Assembly (NCBI GenBank): GCA_043823085.1
Contig: JBDRBE010000004.1
Span: 197,510-261,509 of the forward strand
DNA length: 64,000 bases
Source of the DNA: Candidatus Levyibacteriota bacterium
GTDB taxonomy: Bacteria; Patescibacteriota; Microgenomatia; Levybacterales; UBA12049
Direction of reading: 5' to 3'
A program made the position numbers and the translations under genes. The notes under the pieces are model-generated. The model was given only the letters and a program-made list of their open reading frames with translations, had not been told where the DNA came from and searched no databases. Below, piece after piece: positions 37,886 to 47,495 of the stretch. Positions within the stretch are counted from its first letter, which is position 1, and every line of letters begins with the position of its first letter.

Positions 37886-38290
37886 TTAGCTTTTTGTCAC
37901 CCAGGTAAGGAATGAGATTATAATCGATAAAACAGCTGCTGTAACTACAAAAGCAAAAAAAGTGTTAAAGTAGATCGAAGGTATAACAAATCCCACAAAA
38001 CTAAAGCCTTTAAAAACAAATGAATGAACTGAAATTTGAGGAACAAATGCAGTTAGGAGATAAAGAATAATCGCGTTAATAAAAAAGGAAAACATACCAA
38101 AAGTAATCAAGTTAATTGGGAAAGCGATTAATGAAAGAATTGGACGAATTAGCATTGTTAAAAGTGTAAGAGCAGCTCCGCCAAAAAGAAAAGTTGGAAA
38201 TCCTTCTTTAACTTTTAATCCCGCTATAATTTGCGACGCGGCAAAAATCGAGAATCCGTTTATAGCAATCGTTCTAAGTAAAGACTTCAT
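37886..38290 (-). CDS. Four-TM phage-holin-family (DUF360-like) membrane protein
   Basis: Four transmembrane helices, size and hydropathy pattern. Confidence 0.4.
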   Translation of the reverse strand: MKSLLRTIAINGFSIFAASQIIAGLKVKEGFPTFLFGGAALTLLTMLIRPILSLIAFPINLITFGMFSFFINAIILYLLTAFVPQISVHSFVFKGFSFVGFVIPSIYFNTFFAFVVTAAVLSIIISFLTWVTKS

Positions 38291-38376
38291 AAATGTTTCG
38301 TAACTTTGATGCTAACAAATAACAAACTTTCTGTCAAACTTGCAATCGAGTTTAAAATAAATTATCTTTTATAAAC

Positions 38377-39042
38377 ATGACGAAGCCTGATTTTAAAAAA
38401 GAGAAAAAACTTTGGAAAAAAGGGTATAGCGTTATTGGAATTGATGAAGTGGGTAGAGGAGCTTTTGCAGGCCCATTGGTCGTTGGAGGAGTTGTTTTTA
38501 AAAACGATGTTGACAAAACATCAATCGATGGAATTAATGATTCAAAATTGATAAAACCAAAGCGAAGGAAATACCTATCTAAAAAAATTAGAGAAATATC
38601 TTTTTGCACCTCAACCGTTACCATTCCAGTTTCTGTGATAAACAAACAAGGAATTGGAAACGCAACAAGCATAGGATTTAGAAAAGTCGTATCTAAATTA
38701 ATCAATTCATTAAAAATTGAAAATTTAAAATTGAAAATTCCAAAACAAAATATTTTTGTTTTGGTGGATGGATTTCATGTTAAATATATCAGAGGTGTCG
38801 GTTTAAAAAACCAAGAGGCAATAATAAAAGGAGACCAAAAAAGTATTTCAATTGCCGCCGCATCAATTATTGCAAAAGTCCACAGAGATAAATTAATGAA
38901 AAAGTTACATAAAAAATATCCGCTGTATGGATTTGCAAAACACAAAGGCTATGGAACAAAAGAACACCAAAAGGCAATCAAAAAATACGGCCTTTCAAAA
39001 CTCCACCGAAAATCCTTTAATCTCCTAAAGTTCACTAAATAA
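38377..39042 (+). CDS. rnhB: Ribonuclease HII
   Basis: GIDEVGRGAFAGPLVVGGVV catalytic N-terminus. Confidence 0.85.
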   Translation: MTKPDFKKEKKLWKKGYSVIGIDEVGRGAFAGPLVVGGVVFKNDVDKTSIDGINDSKLIKPKRRKYLSKKIREISFCTSTVTIPVSVINKQGIGNATSIGFRKVVSKLINSLKIENLKLKIPKQNIFVLVDGFHVKYIRGVGLKNQEAIIKGDQKSISIAAASIIAKVHRDKLMKKLHKKYPLYGFAKHKGYGTKEHQKAIKKYGLSKLHRKSFNLLKFTK

Positions 39043-39055
39043 CTTGCGCGTTCGG

Positions 39056-39128
39056 GGAGAGTCGAACTCCCAACCGCCTCGTCCGAAGCGAGGTGCTCTA
39101 TCCATTAAGCTACGAACGCTTGCCCGTA
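39056..39128 (-). tRNA. tRNA-Arg (anticodon TCG)
   Basis: Reverse complement folds as GCGTTCG/CGAACGC acceptor, anticodon loop CTTCGGA, T-arm GGGAGTTCGACTCTCCC. Confidence 0.85.
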
Positions 39129-39224
39129 ATATACCTTTATAGTATACTAAATTACAATTAACTAATAAAGTTTCGCTTGGGGGCAATTGCCCTGAGCGGG
39201 CGAAGCAAGTCGAAGGGCCGCTAG

Positions 39225-39297
39225 CTCAACTGGCAGAGCAACTCCCTCTTAAGGAGTAGGTTACAGGTTCGACTCCTGTGCGGCTCACAGGATGATA
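39225..39297 (+). tRNA. tRNA-Lys (anticodon CTT)
   Basis: Acceptor GGGCCGC/GCGGCTC, anticodon loop CTCTTAA, T-loop GGTTCGACTCC. Confidence 0.88.
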
Positions 39298-39543
39298 AAT
39301 GTGATTTTTGCAATTTTTAGCCTCAAAAGATTGTGGGAATCTCCTTAAAATTAGTTCTATATTCAAGAGACCAAGCAGGATTCGAACTGATGATTAGATT
39401 GGTATATAAACTTCTCTTTTTTTAAAATTTATCACTTCCATGTTCTTTTCCCGGTCTTCTCCATAAAAATATTGTATGACTACACAATCGAGTTGCCAAA
39501 ATATTTGCAATAGGAAAATTACTTTGTTACACTAATTATCTGT

Positions 39544-40398
39544 ATGCTCGAAATGAACAATATTCATTATATTGTAACTGATTGGTTTGTTAACCATGGT
39601 GTAAAAATAGTAGCGATTATTCTTTTTGCTTATATCATAAAGCGATTCAGCACGATTTTTATTGAGAAGACAGTACGAACTGCTGTTGTTTCCGATCATT
39701 TCTTATCAAAAGAGGCAGAGAAAAAACGAGAAGATACGCTTATCCGAATCTTTACCGGCGCGTTTAACATATTACTTTGGATAGTTGTTGGCCTGATGAT
39801 ATTACAGGAGATGGGTATTGCCATAGGGCCGCTTTTGGCAGCAGCCGGCATTGCGGGTCTTGCATTAGGTTTTGGCGGACAATATCTCATTCGCGATCTC
39901 ATTTCAGGGCTTTTTATCATTATGGAGAATCAATATCGCGTGGGTGATGTTGTGTGTTTTGATAAAACATGTGGGCTTGTCGAAGATATTACTCTTCGCA
40001 TGACAACACTGCGAGACTTGGATGGCACAGTGCATCACATACCGCATGGTGAAATAGTAAAAGTTTCAAATCTCACAAAGTATTATGCAAGAGTAAACCT
40101 TGATATTGGAATCTCTTACAACTCAAACCTGGAAAAAGTTATTAAAGTAGTGAATAGAGTAGGAAAAGACATGGCACAAGACAAAGAATGGAAAGATTTG
40201 ATTATCAAAGCACCGCAATTTTTAAGAGTTGATGATTTTGCCGATTCGGCAATTATTATCAAAATTTTAGGGGAAACAAAACCCATCAAGCAGTGGGATG
40301 TGACAGGGGAATTGCGCAAGAGACTTAAGATTGCTTTTGACAAAGAGAATATAGAGATTCCTTTTCCACAGAGAGTAATTCATCAAGTAAAATTGTAA
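39544..40398 (+). CDS. mscS: Small-conductance mechanosensitive channel (MscS family)
   Basis: GLALGFGGQYLIRDLISG pore-helix signature and a C-terminal beta-domain. Confidence 0.8.
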   Translation: MLEMNNIHYIVTDWFVNHGVKIVAIILFAYIIKRFSTIFIEKTVRTAVVSDHFLSKEAEKKREDTLIRIFTGAFNILLWIVVGLMILQEMGIAIGPLLAAAGIAGLALGFGGQYLIRDLISGLFIIMENQYRVGDVVCFDKTCGLVEDITLRMTTLRDLDGTVHHIPHGEIVKVSNLTKYYARVNLDIGISYNSNLEKVIKVVNRVGKDMAQDKEWKDLIIKAPQFLRVDDFADSAIIIKILGETKPIKQWDVTGELRKRLKIAFDKENIEIPFPQRVIHQVKL

Positions 40399-40421
40399 AA
40401 TCCCTTTTTGAGGCAGAGGAA

Positions 40422-40628
40422 TTAATTTTCCCTAGGAACAACGTAGATTAAATAAACTCCCAGAAGCAGTACTGCTATACCGAAAAATAGAACAAAATTA
40501 GATAATTGTAGGATATTTAGAAAGTAGTTAAAACCAAAGAGCGTGAAAGTAAGAGCACTAATAACTAGGAATATTTTTCCTACAGCTTTAAAATTAACAG
40601 GAACAAAACCAGTCGGGTATTTTTTCAT
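40422..40628 (-). CDS. Small two-TM hypothetical membrane protein
   Basis: ORF and hydrophobicity only. Confidence 0.3.
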   Translation of the reverse strand: MKKYPTGFVPVNFKAVGKIFLVISALTFTLFGFNYFLNILQLSNFVLFFGIAVLLLGVYLIYVVPREN

Positions 40629-40854
40629 ATGTAAATATTATTTGTAATAATAGCATTATACAACAAATAAACCCTTGAGCTTTCTCCTTAAAAAGTCTAT
40701 ATTTTGCCTGGGTATTTTTTAGTAAAAACAGAAGCTAGAAACAGGGTTTGTGTTGGACATTCCCGCATTTCTTATATAGAATAATCAAAGCTGTATTGCT
40801 GAAAAATTATCTGCCAATCCTTGAGGACTTCCACAAAATCGTCTATAATGGAGT

Positions 40855-41490
40855 TTGAAATTAAAAAAAACGATAGTTCATTTTTTTAAATCTATGACAT
40901 ACGATAGACAGAAATTTTTGGACGCAATTAAAAAACAGCTTGAACCGAATATTTTTAATCATTCTTTGACTGTTGAAGCCTGTATGGATGGCATTTACGA
41001 TTATTTGAAGTCAAACGGATTACTGAACGAAAATGAACCAACAAAAGATGACTGGTTGTTGGCCGGACTTATTCATGATATTGATTATTCAGGCGAATTT
41101 AAAGAAGAACACCCTAATAAAACTAAAGAAGTCTTGACAAAATATAATCTTGAAATCGACGATACTGTTTACAATATAATAAAAGCTCACAGCCCGCAAA
41201 GTTCTGGAGTCAAGCCAACATCAAAAGTCCAATGGGCGCTTTTTTGCTGTGATAGTTTAACCGGTTTGATCACTGCGGTTACGCTGATTTATCCGTCTAA
41301 AAAATTAGCCGATGTTAAACTTTCGTCCGTTCTAAAAAGATTTCTTAAGGAACCAAAATTTGCAGCAGGAACCCGAAGAGAAGAAGTCAAAATGTGCGAA
41401 AACGCAGAAGGATTAAACATTCCGCTTGAAAAATTTATCGAAATTTGTCTTGCCTCAATGCAAAAAATCGCCCCGGAAATTGGTTTTTAA
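40855..41490 (+). CDS. HD-domain phosphohydrolase
   Basis: H...LAGLIHDIDY HD motif. The start could be the TTG at 40855 or the ATG at 40894. Confidence 0.6.
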   Translation: MKLKKTIVHFFKSMTYDRQKFLDAIKKQLEPNIFNHSLTVEACMDGIYDYLKSNGLLNENEPTKDDWLLAGLIHDIDYSGEFKEEHPNKTKEVLTKYNLEIDDTVYNIIKAHSPQSSGVKPTSKVQWALFCCDSLTGLITAVTLIYPSKKLADVKLSSVLKRFLKEPKFAAGTRREEVKMCENAEGLNIPLEKFIEICLASMQKIAPEIGF

Positions 41491-41541
41491 GCAGATTTTA
41501 ACTAGCAATATGTTATCATATAAGGATATTCTTTAATCTTC

Positions 41542-43008
41542 ATGATAAAAATTCAGCATCTTTTTAAAAATTACAGGCGCGAATTTATTCTTGGGTTAAT
41601 GATTGTCATTTATATTCTTTACTTTACGACGGCAAGCTTTTTAAGGCATGACAATTTTTACACCGGCCGTTTTGATTTGGGCAATATGGATCAGGTTGCT
41701 TGGAATACGATACATGGAAGAATTTTCCAAATGACCGATCCAAACGGAACGCAAGTTATCTCAAGACTTGCTTTCCACGCCGACTTTATTTTGATTCTTC
41801 TTTCTCCATTTTATTTTATTTGGTCGAGCCCAAAAATGCTTCTTTTAATTCAGACTCTTGTCCTTTCTTTTGGCGCAATATTTGTTTTTTTACTAGCCAA
41901 AAAATATATCAAAAACAAACATTTTCCGCTTTTATTATCACTGGCTTATTTAATTAATCCTGCTGTCAACTACACCAATCTCTATGACTTTCATCCTGTA
42001 ACGCTGGCAACCACATTTTTGCTTGGCGCTTCATATTTTCTTCTTAACAAGAAATATTTTCTTTTTGTAATTTTTGCAATACTTTCCGCGATTACCAAAG
42101 AGGAAATTTGGATTATTATTGCTCTCTTTGGATTTGTGATTATTTTAAAAAATATTCGTAAATCGATTAGAAAAGTTTCAATTGGTATTATTTTATCAAT
42201 AGTATCTCTTTTTATATTTTATCTTTTGATTTGGAAAATAATTCCCGGCGTTCGCGGTACCCAACATTTTGCACTTTCCTATTATTCTGATTTTGGCGAT
42301 TCGCCTGGCTCAATAGTAAAAAATATTATTTTTTCTCCGCAAAAAACATTTGGAATAATTTTTCAAAACGGCCGTCTTATATATCTTCTTCAGCTCTTCT
42401 CGCCGGTTGGATTTTTATCTTTACTTTCGCCTTTATTTTTAATCCTTACTGCTCCTGAATTTGCAATTAATCTTTTAAGCAATAATCCCCAACTTCACCA
42501 AATTTATTATCAATACTCTTCGGGCATAACTCCATTTATTTTTGTCTCTGCAATTTTTGGCATTGCAAGAATTGAAAAGAAATTTCCAAAATTAAAAGCT
42601 AATTATTTAATTGGTTATTTTTTAATTACTGTATTTATTTCCGCATTTCTTTTTGGACCACTGCCTTTATCAAGAAACCAAAATATAGATATGTTTACCA
42701 AGCCCCAATCCGATAAAGAAATCTTGGAAAATTTTCTTTCTAAGATTCCCCAAAAATATTACGTTGCCTCAACTAATAATCTTGGCCCTCATCTCTCACA
42801 CCGTCGGGAAATTTATACTATTCCTGTTGGAATCGATAAGGCTGATATTGTTATTTTCTTATTGAATGATAAATCAGCTCTTCCGTCGCTTTCGTCCCAA
42901 ATACAAATGGCCGAGGATTTGAAAAAAAATAAAAATTATTTTGTGATTTTTCAAAAAGATTTCTTTATTGCCTTTGCAAAAAAGGGGTCAACAAGATTTT
43001 TTAGGTAG
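41542..43008 (+). CDS. Polytopic membrane protein, DUF2079-like
   Basis: At least 10 transmembrane helices; N-terminal RHDNFYTGRFDLGNMDQVAWNTIHG loop. The family assignment is from memory only. Confidence 0.4.
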   Translation: MIKIQHLFKNYRREFILGLMIVIYILYFTTASFLRHDNFYTGRFDLGNMDQVAWNTIHGRIFQMTDPNGTQVISRLAFHADFILILLSPFYFIWSSPKMLLLIQTLVLSFGAIFVFLLAKKYIKNKHFPLLLSLAYLINPAVNYTNLYDFHPVTLATTFLLGASYFLLNKKYFLFVIFAILSAITKEEIWIIIALFGFVIILKNIRKSIRKVSIGIILSIVSLFIFYLLIWKIIPGVRGTQHFALSYYSDFGDSPGSIVKNIIFSPQKTFGIIFQNGRLIYLLQLFSPVGFLSLLSPLFLILTAPEFAINLLSNNPQLHQIYYQYSSGITPFIFVSAIFGIARIEKKFPKLKANYLIGYFLITVFISAFLFGPLPLSRNQNIDMFTKPQSDKEILENFLSKIPQKYYVASTNNLGPHLSHRREIYTIPVGIDKADIVIFLLNDKSALPSLSSQIQMAEDLKKNKNYFVIFQKDFFIAFAKKGSTRFFR

Positions 43009-44305
43009 GCAGCTTCAGTTTTTGCCGATTAAAAAATAATATAACACTAAATATTAAAAGAATAATGGCGCCAAGTCTTATGGCAAATTGAGGACCAAAA
43101 TGCTCGGCAATTATTCCTATCTGAAGGCTGCCAAGAGGCGTCATTCCGATAAACATAACCGTGTAAATACTCATAATTCTTCCGCGGATGTGATCGCCAA
43201 CTGCATGCTGAATTGTTGTATTTACCATTGAAAATTGCATAATAATTCCTGCTCCGGAAAAAAACAAAAGAAAAAAAGCAAGATAAATATTTGATGTTAA
43301 AGAAAAAATCAAAACCGAGAGAGCGAATAATAAATTCCCCCCCATAATAAACATAAAATTATTTATTTTTTTTGAAAGAGAAGAAACCAAAATAACTCCC
43401 AAAAGCGCACCTATTCCGGATGTCGAGTTAAAATAACCAAGCGTATCTGCGCCTCTTTCGAAAACGTCGCTGACAATTAATGGCATTACTGTAGAGTACG
43501 ACCATCCAAAGATAGATGTTATTGCCGTAAATATAAGAAGATTTTTTATTATCACGTTGGAAAATGAATATTTTATCCCTTCTTTTATGGCTTCTATTGG
43601 ACGGGGATTGAATCTTGGCGAAACTGTTTGGACTTTAATGAAAAAAAGCGCAATAATTGCGGCAATGTAACTTGCCCCGTTAAAAATAAAAGCGCCTCCG
43701 GTTCCAAAAACGGCAATTGCAATACCCGCAAGCGCAGGACCGATAATTCTTGCCGAATTAAATATTCCCGAATTTAGCGCAATTGCAGAAGATAAATCCT
43801 CTTTACCAACCATTTCGACAGCAAATGCCTGTCTGGCCGGCATATCAATCGCTATAACAACCCCCAAAGCAAAAGCGAGAACAAAAATTTCATAAATGTT
43901 TATTATTCCAAGAATTGTCAAAAGTCCCAAAATAAAGGCTAAAATCATCTGCAAAAACTGCGTAACCATTATTATTTTCTTCTTTGAAAATCTGTCAACA
44001 ATAACTCCGCCAAAAAGGGAGAAAATGAGTATTGGAATGCTTCCAAGCGCAGAAACTAATCCAATTAAAAAAGCCGAGTGTGTAAGTTGTAAAACCAACC
44101 AAGCTTGAGCTACCATCTGAAGCCATGTTCCAACAAGTGATATAAATTGACCTGTAAAATAAAGTTTATAATTTCTATGTTTAAAAGCGGGGAATGCGGA
44201 GAAAATTTTTTTAACCCAACCTTCTTGTTCTCCTAAACTTATTTCCTGGCTTTCATCAATAATATATTTATTTTCATCATTTTCCATGTTTTTTAAGTAT
44301 AACAT
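43001..44305 (-). CDS. MFS transporter
   Basis: Twelve transmembrane helices and a GGVIVDRFSKKK MFS signature loop. Confidence 0.75.
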   Translation of the reverse strand: MLYLKNMENDENKYIIDESQEISLGEQEGWVKKIFSAFPAFKHRNYKLYFTGQFISLVGTWLQMVAQAWLVLQLTHSAFLIGLVSALGSIPILIFSLFGGVIVDRFSKKKIIMVTQFLQMILAFILGLLTILGIINIYEIFVLAFALGVVIAIDMPARQAFAVEMVGKEDLSSAIALNSGIFNSARIIGPALAGIAIAVFGTGGAFIFNGASYIAAIIALFFIKVQTVSPRFNPRPIEAIKEGIKYSFSNVIIKNLLIFTAITSIFGWSYSTVMPLIVSDVFERGADTLGYFNSTSGIGALLGVILVSSLSKKINNFMFIMGGNLLFALSVLIFSLTSNIYLAFFLLFFSGAGIIMQFSMVNTTIQHAVGDHIRGRIMSIYTVMFIGMTPLGSLQIGIIAEHFGPQFAIRLGAIILLIFSVILFFNRQKLKLPT

Positions 44306-44351
44306 GAATCTTCTACTTGAAAAATATCTTTATTAAAACTAATATTTAATT

Positions 44352-45164
44352 ATGGTACAAGTTATAAAAGCAACGGGCGAGAAAGAACCTTTTAGCGAAG
44401 AAAAGGTTTTGCGATCAATTCAACACGCAGGAATTCCAAGCCAACTACAAAATCAAGTTGTTGAATATATTAAAGCCAAACTGCACGAAAACATAAAAAC
44501 CTCAGAAATTTATCATTACATCATTGAATTTTTAGGCCAATCACCGTCTCCCTACGCAAAATCAAGATATTCTCTCAAAGAATCAATTATGGCTCTTGGT
44601 CCGACAGGATATCCTTTTGAAGATTATGTCGCCCAGATTCTTAAAACTCAAAACTATCAAACACAAGTCAGAACAATAATTTCCGGAAAATGCATCAAGC
44701 ATGAAATTGACATAATTGCCCAAAAAAAAATTATTGATATCGATGAAAAGATAATGATCGAAGCAAAGTTTCACAACGGTTTTGGGATAAGAACTGACGT
44801 TCAAGACGCCCTTTACACCAAAGCAAGATTTGATGATGTAAAAGAAAAAAATGGTTTTTCAAATGTTTGGCTTGTTACCAATACAAAAGCGACAAGCGAA
44901 ACTATTCAATATTGCGAGTGCATCGGTATGAAAATAATCGCCTGGAATTATCCGGAAAACGAATGTCTTAGAGATCTTGTTAATAAATCAAGTCTTGCTC
45001 CTATAACTTGCTTGACAACGCTTTCGGGAGCGCAAAAACAACAGCTCTTGGACAATCATATTGTTTTATGTAAAAATATTGGTCCTTCATCTCTTGATCT
45101 GCTGAATCTTCCTCCTGATAAAAAGAGCCAAGTACTTGCCGAAGCCGAATTTATCTATAAATAA
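44352..45164 (+). CDS. Fusion of an ATP-cone domain and an Mrr-type PD-(D/E)xK restriction endonuclease domain
   Basis: N-terminal VIKATGEKEPFSEEKVLRSIQHAG (ATP-cone). C-terminal YPFEDYVAQIL...HEIDIIAQ...IMIEAKFH (Mrr_cat D...ExK). Confidence 0.65.
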   Translation: MVQVIKATGEKEPFSEEKVLRSIQHAGIPSQLQNQVVEYIKAKLHENIKTSEIYHYIIEFLGQSPSPYAKSRYSLKESIMALGPTGYPFEDYVAQILKTQNYQTQVRTIISGKCIKHEIDIIAQKKIIDIDEKIMIEAKFHNGFGIRTDVQDALYTKARFDDVKEKNGFSNVWLVTNTKATSETIQYCECIGMKIIAWNYPENECLRDLVNKSSLAPITCLTTLSGAQKQQLLDNHIVLCKNIGPSSLDLLNLPPDKKSQVLAEAEFIYK

Positions 45165-46402
45165 TAATATTTATCCGCCATATAACCGTTGGGGACTGTT
45201 GTTAATTTATTGGCATAAAGTAAAAAACCATTCCTAATTGTGTGATCACCAAACCGCTGATTGATGCTATCTATCGCTGATGCTAATTTCTCATTCTTCC
45301 CTAAAGAATCAAAAAGCGAAAGAGGAATATTTTCCTTGTCTTCCAAATTTGCCGCCCACACACTTATTTGCCTAGCATATCCCAAATTATTGATATTAAA
45401 TAACTGCTGACACAAGTCAAAAATTTCTTTTCCGCTGTCAAAATAATTTTTATAAGTTTTGCGGCCGCCAATATTTATATTCCCCCGTAAAGTTATTCCA
45501 ACAGTTCTTGCTTTTTTATTGAGTCTTCGAAGTTTTATTGCAATTTCTTCGCAAAGCTCATAAACATTTTGCAAAATTATTCTTTTATCGCATTCATTTT
45601 TTGGCAGACAATAATTTCTGCCAACCGACTTAACCGATGGGGGATTCGTATAAGGAATAACCGGACTCTCGTCAATTAATAAACCCACATTTTTTAAAAA
45701 TCTTGCCTCTATTTTACCAAATTCTTCAATTAAAGTAAGTATTGACGTCTTTCTAAGCTGCATTAAATTGTAAATACCTATCTTGTTCAACCGAGATTTG
45801 ATTCTTTGCCCAATCCCGCAAACATCAGTCAATTGCGCCTGGCTATAAACATTATCAATATCATTGAATCGAATCTCTGCCATACCGTTTGGTTTATTAA
45901 TTGACGAGGCCATTTTAGCCAAAAGTTTATTATGGGAAACGCCAACAGAAACAGTAATGTATTCGCCGATTTCATTTTTGATGCGGTTTTTTATTTTTTC
46001 GATAAGCCTGCAAGTATTATCGAATAAATGAATAGTTAATGTCGCATCTATAAAGACCTCATCAATTGAAAATAATTCAACAAAAGGGGAGTAGTCTTTG
46101 CAAATATTTAAAAACTTTTTGCTTATTGCAAGATATTTAACAAAATCAGCCGGCGCAAAAACAATGTCCGGACAGATTTTTTTAGCCTCATAAGTACGGC
46201 AGCCGGTTTTAATACCCAAACGCTTTGCCTGGCAACTTGAAGCAATGATACAGGTTCTGCCGTTGGTTGCCGTAATCCCCAATGGTTTCCCTCTGAAGTT
46301 AGGATTAAACTGTTGTTCGCAGCTGGCAAAAAAAGAATCAAAATCAATGTGGAGGACAGTTCTCACAATAATATTGTACGTAAAAAATACACGAAATAAC
46401 AA
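45155..46402 (-). CDS. dinB: DNA polymerase IV (Y-family)
   Basis: HIDFDSFFASCE catalytic start, IDEVFID, and an HhH little-finger region. Confidence 0.85.
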   Translation of the reverse strand: MLFRVFFTYNIIVRTVLHIDFDSFFASCEQQFNPNFRGKPLGITATNGRTCIIASSCQAKRLGIKTGCRTYEAKKICPDIVFAPADFVKYLAISKKFLNICKDYSPFVELFSIDEVFIDATLTIHLFDNTCRLIEKIKNRIKNEIGEYITVSVGVSHNKLLAKMASSINKPNGMAEIRFNDIDNVYSQAQLTDVCGIGQRIKSRLNKIGIYNLMQLRKTSILTLIEEFGKIEARFLKNVGLLIDESPVIPYTNPPSVKSVGRNYCLPKNECDKRIILQNVYELCEEIAIKLRRLNKKARTVGITLRGNINIGGRKTYKNYFDSGKEIFDLCQQLFNINNLGYARQISVWAANLEDKENIPLSLFDSLGKNEKLASAIDSINQRFGDHTIRNGFLLYANKLTTVPNGYMADKYYYL

Positions 46403-46452
46403 GAGAATAAAATATATAAAACTAGAGCAAAAAATATGATATAATTCCCGCT

Positions 46453-47490
46453 ATGCGACAACTTAAAGAAAGTTTTACATCACATCTGCCGTTTTTACAC
46501 GATAAAGAAAAAGAGCAACAACCTGTAACGGCCTGGTTTTTCCCCGGACAAGGAATACAGGAAAAAGGAATGGGACAGGATCTTTTTAACCATTTTGAAA
46601 TCGTCCGCTACATCTACAAAAAAGCCGATGAAATACTGGGATACTCTATTAGCGATATCAGTTTTAATAATACGGATAACAAATTAAGTCAGACCGAATT
46701 CGCCCAACCTGCAATTTTTGTTTACAATTACGCATATATGTGTGCATTCCAGCAACAAGGAAAAGGTTTTAATTATCGTCCCGATTATGTAGCCGGCATT
46801 AGCCTTGGAGAATATAATGCTTTGGTTGCATCAGGCGCAATGAACTTTGAAGACGCGCTAAAATTAGTGAAAGTTAGAGGTGAGGAGATAGGTAAAGCTT
46901 GCAGGGAAAATCCCGGCACGTTATTTTACATTAAAAGAAGAGGCGATGAAGATGACAAAATTATAGAGGAAGTGGAAAAAGAAACAGGCATTGAAAAATC
47001 CCTTGAAAATACAAAAGATCAAATTGTTTTTGGAGGAACCAAAGAGCAAGTCGAACGAGCAAAACTTGCATTTAATATAAAAGGAATTAAAGCGAGAGAA
47101 CTAGATGGCATTGAAGGCGCTTTTCACACATCTTTAATGAAGCCTGCTGTTACAGAATTTATAAAAACTCTTAATAAAGTAAAGATAAAAAGAGCAAAAA
47201 TCCCGATTATTGCAAACACCACTGCTTTGCCTATTGTCGAACCGGACGAAATAAGAAAAGAGCTTATTAATCAGCTTACTAAAACGGTTTCATGGAAAGG
47301 GTGCCATGAATATGCAGTTGTACATGATTTAGGAAAAACTTTTGAAACAGGTTCAAAAGGCATTCTTTCGGATATGAATGTCCGAGAACATGGAGGAGAA
47401 ATAGCTAAACTCAGCTTAGCTATTGCAGGAACACTTACGGTAATCGGAGCAACCGTATGGTATCTTCACGAACATCAGGAGGGAAAGTAA
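46453..47490 (+). CDS. FabD-like acyltransferase (malonyl-CoA:ACP transacylase fold) with a C-terminal transmembrane helix
   Basis: FPGQGIQEKGMG, the GISLGEYNAL nucleophile elbow, and GAFHTS. C-terminal LSLAIAGTLTVIGATVWYL. Confidence 0.65.
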   Translation: MRQLKESFTSHLPFLHDKEKEQQPVTAWFFPGQGIQEKGMGQDLFNHFEIVRYIYKKADEILGYSISDISFNNTDNKLSQTEFAQPAIFVYNYAYMCAFQQQGKGFNYRPDYVAGISLGEYNALVASGAMNFEDALKLVKVRGEEIGKACRENPGTLFYIKRRGDEDDKIIEEVEKETGIEKSLENTKDQIVFGGTKEQVERAKLAFNIKGIKARELDGIEGAFHTSLMKPAVTEFIKTLNKVKIKRAKIPIIANTTALPIVEPDEIRKELINQLTKTVSWKGCHEYAVVHDLGKTFETGSKGILSDMNVREHGGEIAKLSLAIAGTLTVIGATVWYLHEHQEGK

Positions 47491-47495
47491 CAATT

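Noticed and set aside
39374-39392. CAGGATTCGAACTGATG, which resembles the reverse complement of a tRNA T-arm (possible att-site remnant)
   Set aside because: Only about 12 nt match the universal T-loop core. The flanks do not fold into a tRNA, and no integrase is nearby.
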